A stretch of 64,000 nucleotides of DNA from Balanoglossus misakiensis (taxonomy: Eukaryota; Animalia; Hemichordata). Below are positions 27,001 through 39,100 of the stretch, piece after piece. Position numbers and translations under genes: made by a program. Each line of letters opens with the position of its first letter. The first letter of the stretch is position 1. The notes under the pieces are model-generated. The model was given only the letters and a program-made list of their open reading frames with translations. It had not been told where the DNA came from and ran no database searches. Where the stretch lies: NCBI GenBank assembly GCA_040954595.2, contig CM082597.2, positions 1,160,886 to 1,224,885 of the forward strand, in the 5' to 3' direction.

Positions 27001-30000
27001 CGAATTTCGAGATTTCCGGCCGATTTGAACATTTTTCATGGGTTAACCATCATGGTTTTTGTCGAAAAACCGCGAATTTTCGAGTTGCCGAATTTCGAGA
27101 TTTTCGGCCGATTTGAACATTTTTCATGGGTTAACCATCATGGTTTTTGTCGAAAAACCGCGAATTTTCGAGTTGCCGAATTTCGAGATTTTAGGCCGAT
27201 TTGAACATTTTTCATGGGTTAACCATCATGGTTTTTGTCGAAAAACCGCGAATTTTCGAGTTGCCGAATTTCGAGATTTTCGGCCGATTTGAACATTTTT
27301 CATGGGTTAACCATCATGGTTTTTGTCGAAAAACCGCGAATTTTCGAGTTGCCGAATTTCGAGATTTTCGGCCGATTTGAACATTTTTCATGGGTTAACC
27401 ATCATGGTTTTTGTCGAAAAACCGCGAATTTTCGAGTTGCCGAATTTCGAGATTTTCGGCCGTTTTGAACATTTTTCATGGGTTAACCATCATGGTTTTT
27501 GTCGAAAAACCGCGAATTTTCGAGTTGCCGAATTTCGAGATTTTCGGCCGTTTTGAACATTTTTCATGGGTTAACCATCATGGTTTTTGTCGAAAAACCG
27601 CGAATTTTCGAGTTGCCGAATTTCGAGATTTTCGGCCGATTTGAACATTTTTCATGGGTTAACCATCATGGTTTTTGTCGAAAAACCGCGAATTTTCGAG
27701 TTGCCGAATTTCGAGATTTTCGGCCGATTTGAACATTTTTCATGGGTTAACCATCATGGTTTTTGTCGAAAAACCGCGAATTTTCGAGTTGCCGAATTTC
27801 GAGATTTTCGGCCGTTTTGAACATTTTTCATGGGTTAACCATCATGGTTTTTGTCGAAAAACCGCGAATTTTCGAGTTGCCGAATTTCGAGATTTTCGGC
27901 CGATTTGAACATTTTTCATGGGTTAACCATCATGGTTTTTGTCGAAAAACCGCGAATTTTCGAGTTGCCGAATTTCGAGATTTTCGGCCGATTTGAACAT
28001 TTTTCATGGGTTAACCATTATGGTTTTTGTCGAAAAACCGCGAATTTTCGAGTTGCCGAATTTCGAGATTTTCGGCCGATTTGAACATTTTTCATGGGTT
28101 AACCATCATGGTTTTTGTCGAAAAACCGCGAATTTTCGAGTTGCCGAATTTCGAGATTTTCGGCCGATTTGAACATTTTTCATGGGTTAACCATCATGGT
28201 TTTTGTCGAAAAACCGCGAATTTTCGAGTTGCCGAATTTCGAGATTTTCGGCCGATTTGAACATTTTTCATGGGTTAACCATCATGGTTTTTGTCGAAAA
28301 ACCGCGAATTTTCGAGTTGCCGAATTTCGAGATTTTCGGCCGATTTGAACATTTTTCATGGGTTAACCATCATGGTTTTTGTCGAAAAACCGCGAATTTT
28401 CGAGTTGCCGAATTTCGAGATTTTCGGCCGATTTGAACATTTTTCATGGGTTAACCATCATGGTTTTTGTCGAAAAACCGCGAATTTTCGAGTTGCCGAA
28501 TTTCGAGATTTCCGGCCGATTTGAACATTTTTCATGGGTTAACCATCATGGTTTTTGTCGAAAAACCGCGAATTTTCGAGTTGCCGAATTTCGTGATTTT
28601 CGGCCGATTTGAACATTTTTCATGGGTTAACCATCATGGTTTTTGTCGAAAAACCGCGAATTTTCGAGTTGCCGAATTTCGAGATTTTCGGCCGATTTGA
28701 ACATTTTTCATGGGTTAACCATCATGGTTTTTGTCGAAAAACCGCGAATTTTCGAGTTGCCGAATTTCGAGATTTTCGGCCGATTTGAACATTTTTCATG
28801 GGTTAACCATCATGGTTTTTGTCGAAAAACCGCGAATTTTCGAGTTGCCGAATTTCGAGATTTTCGGCCGATTTGAACATTTTTCATGGGTTAACCATCA
28901 TGGTTTTTGTCGAAAAACCGCGAATTTTCGAGTTGCCGAATTTCGAGATTTTCGGCCGATTTGAACATTTTTCATGGGTTAACCATCATGGTTTTTGTCG
29001 AAAAACCGCGAATTTTCGAGTTGCCGAATTTCGAGATTTTCGGCCGATTTGAACATTTTTCATGGGTTAACCATCATGGTTTTTGTCGAAAAACCGCGAA
29101 TTTTCGAGTTGCCGAATTTCGAGATTTCCGGCCGATTTGAACATTTTTCATGGGTTAACCATCATGGTTTTTGTCGAAAAACCGCGAATTTTCGAGTTGC
29201 CGAATTTCGAGATTTCCGGCCGATTTGAACATTTTTCATGGGTTAACCATCATGGTTTTTGTCGAAAAACCGCGAATTTTCGAGTTGCCGAATTTCGAGA
29301 TTTTCGGCCGATTTGAACATTTTTCATGGGTTAACCATCATGGTTTTTGTCGAAAAACTGCGAATTTTCGAGTTGCCGAATTTCGAGATTTCCGGCCGAT
29401 TTGAACATTTTTCATGGGTTAACCATCATGGTTTTTGTCGAAAAACCGCGAATTTTCGAGTTGCCGAATTTCGTGATTTTCGGCCGATTTGAACATTTTT
29501 CATGGGTTAACCATCATGGTTTTTGTCGAAAAACCGCGAATTTTCGAGTTGCCGAATTTCGAGATTTCCGGCCGATTTGAACATTTTTCATGGGTTAACC
29601 ATCATGGTTTTTGTCGAAAAACCGCGAATTTTCGAGTTGCCGAATTTCGAGATTTTCGGCCGATTTGAACATTTTTCATGGGTTAACCATCATGGTTTTT
29701 GTCGAAAAACCGCGAATTTTCGAGTTGCCGAATTTCGAGATTTTCGGCCGTTTTGAACATTTTTCATGGGTTAACCATCATGGTTTTTGTCGAAAAACCG
29801 CGAATTTTCGAGTTGCCGAATTTCGAGATTTTCGGCCGATTTGAACATTTTTCATGGGTTAACCATCATGGTTTTTGTCGAAAAACCGCGAATTTTCGAG
29901 TTGCCGAATTTCGAGATTTTCGGCCGATTTGAACATTTTTCATGGGTTAACCATCATGGTTTTTGTCGAAAAACCGCGAATTTTCGAGTTGCCGAATTTC

Positions 30001-32854
30001 GAGATTTTCGGCCGTTTTGAACATTTTTCATGGGTTAACCATCATGGTTTTTGTCGAAAAACCGCGAATTTTCGAGTTGCCGAATTTCGAGATTTTCGGC
30101 AGATTTGAACATTTTTCATGGGTTAACCATCATGGTTTTTGTCGAAAAACCGCGAATTTTCGAGTTGCCGAATTTCGAGATTTTCGGCCGATTTGAACAT
30201 TTTTCATGGGTTAACCATCATGGTTTTTGTCGAAAAACCGCGAATTTTCGAGTTGCCGAATTTCGAGATTTTCGGCCTTTTTGAACATTTTTCATGGGTT
30301 AACCATCATGGTTTTTGTCGAAAAACCGCGAATTTTCGAGTTGCCGAATTTCGAGATTTTCGGCCGATTTGAACATTTTTTCATGGGTTAACCATCATGG
30401 TTTTTGTCGAAAAACCGCGAATTTTCGAGTTGCCGAATTTCGAGATTTTCGGCCGATTTGAACATTTTTCATGGGTTAACCATCATGGTTTTTGTCGAAA
30501 AACCGCGAATTTTCGAGTTGCCGAATTTCGAGATTTTCGGCCGTTTTGAACATTTTTCATGGGTTAACCATCATGGTTTTTGTCGAAAAACCGCGAATTT
30601 TCGAGTTGCCGAATTTCGAGATTTTCGGCCGTTTTGAACATTTTTCATGGGTTAACCATCATGGTTTTTGTCGAAAAACCGCGAATTTTCGAGTTGCCGA
30701 ATTTCGAGATTTTCGGCCGATTTGAACATTTTTCATGGGTTAACCATCATGGTTTTTGTCGAAAAACCGCGAATTTTCGAGTTGCCGAATTTCGAGATTT
30801 TCGGCCTTTTTGAACATTTTTCATGGGTTAACCATCATGGTTTTTGTCGAAAAACCGCGAATTTTCGAGTTGCCGAATTTCGAGATTTTCGGCCGATTTG
30901 AACATTTTTTCATGGGTTAACCATCATGGTTTTTGTCGAAAAACCGCGAATTTTCGAGTTGCCGAATTTCGAGATTTTCGGCCGATTTGAACATTTTTCA
31001 TGGGTTAACCATCATGGTTTTTGTCGAAAAACCGCGAATTTTCGAGTTGCCGAATTTCGAGATTTTCGGCCGTTTTGAACATTTTTCATGGGTTAACCAT
31101 CATGGTTTTTGTCGAAAAACCGCGAATTTTCGAGTTGCCGAATTTCGAGATTTTCGGCCGTTTTGAACATTTTTCATGGGTTAACCATCATGGTTTTTGT
31201 CGAAAAACCGCGAATTTTCGAGTTGCCGAATTTCGAGATTTTCGGCCGATTTGAACATTTTTCATGGGTTAACCATCATGGTTTTTGTCGAAAAACCGCG
31301 AATTTTCGAGTTGCCGAATTTCGAGATTTTCGGCCGATTTGAACATTTTTCATGGGTTAACCATCATGGTTTTTGTCGAAAAACCGCGAATTTTCGAGTT
31401 GCCGAATTTCGAGATTTTCGGCCGATTTGAACATTTTTCATGGGTTAACCATCATGGTTTTTGTCGAAAAACCGCGAATTTTCGAGTTGCCGAATTTCGA
31501 GATTTTCGGCCGATTTGAACATTTTTCATGGGTTAACCATCATGGTTTTTGTCGAAAAACCGCGAATTTTCGAGTTGCCGAATTTCGAGATTTTCGGCCG
31601 ATTTGAACATTTTTCATGGGTTAACCATCATGGTTTTTGTCGAAAAACCGCGAATTTTCGAGTTGCCGAATTTCGAGATTTTCGGCCGATTTGAACATTT
31701 TTCATGGGTTAACCATCATGGTTTTTGTCGAAAAACCGCGAATTTTCGAGTTGCCGAATTTCGAGATTTCCGGCCGATTTGAACATTTTTCATGGGTTAA
31801 CCATCATGGTTTTTGTCGAAAAACCGCGAATTTTCGAGTTGCCGAATTTCGAGATTTCCGGCCGATTTGAACATTTTTCATGGGTTAACCATCATGGTTT
31901 TTGTCGAAAAACCGCGAATTTTCGAGTTGCCGAATTTCGAGATTTCCGGCCGATTTGAACATTTTTCATGGGTTAACCATCATGGTTTTTGTCGAAAAAC
32001 CGCGAATTTTCGAGTTGCCGAATTTCGAGATTTCCGGCCGATTTGAACATTTTTCATGGGTTAACCATCATGGTTTTTGTCGAAAAACCGCGAATTTTCG
32101 AGTTGCCGAATTTCGAGATTTCCGGCCGATTTGAACATTTTTCATGGGTTAACCATCATGGTTTTTGTCGAAAAACCGCGAATTTTCGAGTTGCCGAATT
32201 TCGAGATTTCCGGCCGATTTGAACATTTTTCATGGGTTAACCATCATGGTTTTTGTCGAAAAACCGCGAATTTTCGAGTTGCCGAATTTCGAGATTTCCG
32301 GCCGATTTGAACATTTTTCATGGGTTAACCATCATGGTTTTTGTCGAAAAACCGCGAATTTTCGAGTTGCCGAATTTCGAGATTTCCGGCCGATTTGAAC
32401 ATTTTTCATGGGTTAACCATCATGGTTTTTGTCGAAAAACCGCGAATTTTCGAGTTGCCGAATTTCGAGATTTTCGGCCGATTTGAACATTTTTCATGGG
32501 TTAACCATCATGGTTTTTGTCGAAAAACCGCGAATTTTCGAGTTGCCGAATTTCGAGATTTTCGGCCGTTTTGAACATTTTTCATGGGTTAACCATCATG
32601 GTTTTTGTCGAAAAACCGCGAATTTTCGAGTTGCCGAATTTCGAGATTTTCGGCCGATTTGAACATTTTTCATGGGTTAACCATCATGGTTTTTGTCGAA
32701 AAACCGCGAATTTTCGAGTTGCCGAATTTCGAGATTTTCGGCCGATTTGAACATTTTTCATGGGTTAACCATCATGGTTTTTGTCGAAAAACCGCGAATT
32801 TTCGAGTTGCCGAATTTCGAGATTTTCGGCCGATTTGAACATTTTTCATGGTTA
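15083..32854. repeat. 88-bp tandem satellite array, about 202 copies, 17.8 kb
   Basis: Consensus CCATCATGGTTTTTGTCGAAAAACCGCGAATTTTCGAGTTGCCGAATTTCGAGATTTTCGGCCGATTTGAACATTTTTCATGGGTTAA; ORF starts recur every 88 nt; most monomers differ from consensus by 0-2 nt. Confidence 0.99.
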
Positions 32855-32929
32855 TGCAATCATTCAAATACATGTACTGAATCAAAAAGACAACAGGCAC
32901 CGATATCAGTAAGTAAAATGGTCTCATAT

Positions 32930-32935
32930 TTTATT
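32930..32935 (-). terminator. Candidate distal polyadenylation signal of the CDON/BOC-like gene
   Basis: TTTATT on + (AATAAA on -) at the end of a roughly 3-kb AT-rich stretch downstream of the stop codon; another at 35413-35418. Confidence 0.45.
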
Positions 32936-35900
32936 CTGAATTTCTCATATTTGCACAAAGGTTAAATTTCAAGTCTGAAGATTTTATACATGGTCATGAA
33001 GTCTTTCAACACAAATCATTGCAACTATGGAAACATATGTTAGTTTATGACCCAAAGATATTTTTATATCTAGTTGACACCCTCCTTAAACAAAGTAACA
33101 TATTACATATGAATGTTGCTTTAACAAGGCACTACACTGTTCCAGACATTGTTCATTTTGATTTACAGATTTCCTTGTCAGTGCTCCGATATTGTACTGA
33201 AGAAAATTCTTGTTTTGAATTTTTCTATCAAATAATGAAATCAGTGATTATCATGTGCCTCCTTAAAACACACAAATGTCAAGAGTTCAAAGGTTAAAGG
33301 CCATCATAACCAGTCAAGATGGCCGTCTGTTTATATATTTGTACATGGTGGGAAAAGTGACTATTTCAAACAGTGGTATATAAATAAATCTACAAACAGG
33401 TACATAACCATATCAATATATACACAATGTAATAACTTACTTGCCTCAGTCATCCTTGTTTTGTGAAATAATACAAAAAGAAAAACACAACATAGCACAT
33501 TTGAGAATAAACTATTCCAAAAATTATTAATACGTAATTATTACAAGATGGTGGGTACAAAAACCACAGACGTGATGGTAGATGTTACACAAGTCATATA
33601 CCAGATGAACAAATCCTACAGATGCTGCATAGCAACAGAATGTACTTCCTCTCAAATTTTGGAGAAAATCTAATTCAATTTTTACTCATAAATACAATAT
33701 AAAGAATTTTTTGTTTTGAAAATGAAACATATTCATCAAACTTTTTCTCATCTTGCTCACATTGGTACAGTGAATGTTATTGGTTGTTGACGATTGATTC
33801 TCATCGAGCAGTTTTCTTCTAAATTCTCATTGGACAAATTACTCTCTGATGTGGCGGCCATATTGGCAACTAACCGTGGGGATTTTATCATTAGAAGGAG
33901 GGTGTAAATACTATCATTTATGGTAATTCTCTGCAGTGATGTACTAGTGGTACAAAAGTACCAATTACATGTTTGTGGCAAGCATCCTCATCTAAAATTG
34001 ACTCGAATTAAACTTTCAGATTTTGCCAAGACAGGAGTGTTGTTACGCAGGCTTACCAATTTATCTTCTAAGAATTGGAGCATGTATAAGCATAGAGAAA
34101 AAGAACAGCTTGCTCTCTCCATGAATTCCATTGAACGTCTGATGTTTGGAGAAAACTACATCAGTGTTATTGTCCATGTTCAACTTAAAGACAGTTAAGA
34201 ACCATAGTTCAAAAATGAGAAATACAAATATGACAAGAAAAAAACTCTAATTTCTTTTAAATCAAGGTTTCATCAAGCTTATCTGAAATCTTACAAAACT
34301 GACATATTTTAAAATTTATCTCTCATTATTTACATATCTTCATATTTTCTGACACTGTATAACACATCAGTTATCTAACTAAGTTTTCTTAGACTAATAA
34401 AGGTACTATGTTGCACTACTTTGTAAAACTGTCAAAAAATTGCAACACTTTTTGCCAAAATATGGTTACATTTTTTGTATATCCAGTCAACTATGCCTAA
34501 ATATAGCTGGTAATTTGCATACTCATCTCACTGCCCAAATATGGCTCTGTAATTTGCATATTCCAAGCATTATTTGCATACCTCCCATTCACAAAAATAC
34601 CCGTTTCTCAACTCTGAAAAATATTTCTTATTTTTAGCCTTGTTCATATGGATCCTACCCCTTCCCATCCCCGTGAAAAAAACAATTAGATACATGGCAA
34701 GATAAATTCTCTCCCCAATAAAATCTCGTGACACATTTTGTTGTCAGTCCCATGTATTTACTGCACCTGTTTTCTGGTTGGTCACTTCACAAAATCAGCT
34801 GACACAGAAAAGACTACAAGACTATTTTTCTTTCTTTTTTTACAATCTTTTTATATATACTAATGTTGGGATTTCTCTTTTACAGTAAAGTGACCAACTC
34901 TTACTTGAAAAATTGAGCTTCTACGACCAAGAACAACCCACTCCTACAGTCTCAGTAAATAATCCATAACATGGAACAAATCTAGAGACGTAAAAGTGGT
35001 AGTAATATGCAATAAACCAATCAAACTGTCTAAAATATATTGCACTTACTACAAACCAAAATCATCTGTCTCATAAAATATCTATTTCTTTTTAACGTTC
35101 ATTTTTGAAAATAAAGTCATATCCTTTTTCCTGGAATATCTTTTATCTGTCTTGCATCGCTATCAGCAAACATAACATGGTGTTCAGAATATAATTCAGT
35201 TTGACATGAATTAATGACAAAAAGAAGTACATTTGGATAAAATAATTTCGAGCTGACATCATATCACAGGAGCCCAATGCCCCTCCCCTTATACCGGTAG
35301 TTGTGGAAAATTTTGAAACATAGAAACCATATCTCTCTTTTCTGGCAGTGGAGTGATGGTTATTATAATGCTAGGTAATTTAGTAGGCTTGGTAAATTCA
35401 ACAGAGCAAACTTTTATTCAAGGAGCTAGGGGAACATAATTTCAACATATTGGTGAGAAACTAAATAACATTAGACCCCTATGTTACTGCAAATTTACCT
35501 CAAGCCAAAGTCTGATATTATTAATAAATAATTCCCACATACACAGTATTTACATTAAATAATGCACTCTTATCTAGAGGATCGTCACTGAACTTTCATC
35601 TACGCCCATTTTCGACTAAATTTATGGAAGTAACTGTCTCAATTGTTATCGGAAAAACCAGAGAAGGAATGACTCTGATTAAATAATTTAATAACATCTC
35701 AAATAATGAACTATTATCAGACAAACTTAGGGTCGATCTAGTCAAAACACTACATGATGTTGGAATCTCACAATGCCTGGTCAGTCAAGGAACTTCAACA
35801 ATTTGCAAAGAGCATCAGTTTCCTCATTCTTGTAACTCAAATTTGAATCAAACACAGAAATGCTAAAACTAAACCTACACTGCTATCAAAACTGTAGAAT

Positions 35901-35967
35901 GTTGTCATTCCAAGATAGACCAGGATTTGTGATACTTCAGCTCACTGCTTTAAAACAAAGACAATCC

Positions 35968-36188
35968 CTACAAATCTGAATGCTTGGGTTTACTGATGGG
36001 CTTGATGTCTGTGAAATGCAGTGCAGGTGGGGGAGGGGGAGGGGGGTCTGACAGACAGTCATCTGTGTATCTGATGGGAGGGGGGTCTGAAAGATAGAGT
36101 TCGCTGTGTGTCATCATGGGAGGTGGCAGAGGGTCTGATAAACAATGCTCGGATTCTGTTCCTGAGTAGTTGCTGCTGCAGCTGCAAT
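35968..36188 (-). CDS. CDON: CDON/BOC-like terminal coding exon (three LSDP-polyproline repeats, ends KHSDL*)
   Basis: cttctttccag|AT; open to TAG (cta on + at 35968-35970). Confidence 0.78.
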
Positions 36189-39100
36189 CTGGAAAGAAGA
36201 GAAAACAAGTGGCTATAAATTATAGTGATCATACCCATCCATATTATAAAGTTCATAGATAAAATATACCGTGTTTAGTGGCCAGTTGCAAAGACAAACA
36301 GTCACAAAGCGACACAGTACAGAAAATTAACAAAACACAGTTCTCCCTCTGCATTTCAAACACTGTAATGTTAAGAGCAAGGCAAACCATAGCATCCATT
36401 GGCTACGAACAGACAAGATGTAACAACATTTGCATAAACACGAATTCTCACCTGGTCTCCTGATGTAGTGATGTTCTTTGTGGTGTTTTCTGTGTTTGTT
36501 ACTTCTGCTGTTGCTATGGGTTCTGTTGCGGTCGCAAGAGCACAGCTGGTCCATACTGTTGCCACAGCAACGGTGGTGACCTCTACTGGTGTTGTTTTGC
36601 CTGTTGTGGTGGTAACCATCCAAGTTTTTCTTGTTTCTTTCAGTGACAGTACTGTAGCTGTGATCACTTCGATTAGTATTGCTACTAAATGACATGTCCT
36701 GTGGAAACAAAATGCAAGTGAAATTCATGTAAGATTTACGCTGCTGTGATCATCTTAGAATTACTCTGGTAATCTTTTTTGATGTGCAGTCCATGCAGCA
36801 TATATAGTACATGTGAAATGTCAACTGGTTTACCAAAATGTCCGTCAGATACAGCAAAGCACGGTGTATATTAGTACACAGAAACAAGCAAACAAATCCA
36901 CATACATAAGCATATAAACATTCTATACTAGCTGTTGGCACTACAGACTACATCATCATCATCATGAGACAGGCAGTTTCAGTGCTTATTATCATGTTCT
37001 CATCTTTTCTGATGGTTTTAGCCTTTGACCCAAAGAGGAGGAAAATTCCAATTGGAAGCGGAACTTACATGTGGAAGTGGTGAAGTAATAATGGCTGGCT
37101 CCACTTCTTTGTATTCATGCGGATTATTAAAATTGACAGCGTTAATATCGTGGCAGTAAACATGGCCGTTAGTTTGCGGTGTTGGTGGCAGCGGCAGTGT
37201 TGGATAGGGTAATGTCTCGGCTGCATTGATTGCGTTTCCGTTACAGGGAATGTTCTGGCTACCCCCACTTACACTGCCATTGTCCATGTATGATTGACAG
37301 TTGGGATCGTAATACTGACGTTTGTTCCAGTCTGCAGAGTCTGCATCTGAAAGAGAGATAATTGATAGAACATAGAAGATATACCAGACTGTTCAGTGAC
37401 AGGTCTCTTCTTAACAGAAAAGAACAGCACATGCAATAATCCATACTCACTTATTCTGACAGCCTCATTCATTCATTCCTTCATCATTCACTTTATTCAT
37501 TTATTCCTTCCTTCCTTCATTCCAGTAGCCAACCACTCCTCAGATAGAACAATGTGGTAGACACACAGAGACATATGCATTCATTCATCACTCTGTCCAT
37601 CCGCCCATCCATCTATTCTGGCCATTCGCACACCATCCATCACCCACGATTATGTCACACATGCGCATGCAGGCACTAGAATCATCCATACTTACTATTG
37701 ACTGGATTGCCTATATACTGTTTCGATCTCCACATACACATCGCAATGAAGACCACTATCATCAGTATCATAATTCCAACTACAATTCCGATAATCAAAT
37801 ACAACATGTCACTGTCAGATCGGCTGCTTTTAAATGCTATTGGAGCGCTGGTGGTGGTTGTTGTCATCGGCTGAGTGGTTGAGTGACGGGTGGTTGATAT
37901 CCGGGCAGTGGAGGTCAGGTCAGCAGCTGTAGAAGAAAGTAAACTAAATGTAATTACAGTCAAACATGTGTTAGTGGTCACTTCTATATAGTGGACACTT
38001 TGTTCAAGCACGGTCCACCTGTCAATGAACGCAAGTTTATACCGAACAATTTCCCTGTCCCTTCGACATAGAACCACATATTAAAAGAACCTCTATAAAC
38101 CAGACACCTCTGCAAATCTAACAATTTCTTCAGTCCCTTTGTTGTTCGGTTTACACAGGTTTCACTGTACATGTTGTATAAAATTCCCCAGTTGTCAAAA
38201 CCCACCTTTAGTTTCTCTGATAATGACATTACTGAAATCGCCAGCACCACCCTGGTTGAAACTCTGCATTTTGATATCGTAGGATGTCTCCTTCTCTAAA
38301 TTACAGATAATGTGTTGCCGGGTGTTCACTCCACCCACTGTCTCCCTCACATAATCCTTATCTTCATCTCTGTCTGTCAGACGATGGTAGATGTAGAATC
38401 CATCGATGGGAACGCCATCTCGACTTGCTGTGTACTAGTATATCAGAAATAAATCTCTTTTAGTTATGTGCAGATTGCATAAAAAATGAAATGATACATT
38501 TTCAGTGAAGTGTGAATTGGTGACTTGATGTACCATCAACCGAGCTGCAGAATACAGAACTTTTGGATGACTTGCTCAACTCCTAGAATGTCACAAACGG
38601 ACATCACCATTTTCACTAGCAAGATGTAAATATAAATATATAATTTGCATATCATTTGAATATATTTGCATACTTACTTCCCATACAATCTTTATTGAAA
38701 ATATTTGCATACTTACTTCCCATACAATCTTTATGGCAGTCGTATTTACAGCCTCGCTCTGTTCAATGCGTGGAGCTACTACAGGCGGTCTGACGTATCT
38801 CTCTGTTGTCTGTCGATCAGCTTTCAGAAGAAATCGATGTGACAATTCACTGGAACGACTTTCACCATGGATATTTATCGCGATTATTCGGAATCTATAC
38901 ATGCTGTCTGTAAATCCAATGAAAAATCATACTTTATTATATATTACTTTCCCGGCAAAGAAATCTCGTCTTCTTCAAGTTAGGACAATTCAGAGTAGCA
39001 TGAGAAATCTTTTTTCTCACATGACCTGACAATCAGACAATATAATACTTCTACACAAAGCTTTCCATTAGTTATTGCTTGGATGAATCCTGCAGTTGTG

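Noticed and set aside
15083-32854. CRISPR-like array (palindromic repeats)
   Set aside because: No variable spacers, no cas genes, and an intron-containing eukaryotic context
15062-32965. About 190 repeated 77-aa ORFs (MSKNREFSSCRISRF...)
   Set aside because: Arithmetic artefact: 88 mod 3 = 1 rotates the frame, and the monomer's TGA and TAA fall in the same frame. Starts are TTG, the ORFs overlap in all three frames, and no domain is recognisable.
36371-36692. Thr-rich mucin-like alternative frame and Val-rich antisense ORF over a CDON cytoplasmic exon
   Set aside because: The phase-0 upstream donor selects the His/Asn-rich frame; the other frames are by-products of CAC/AAC codons
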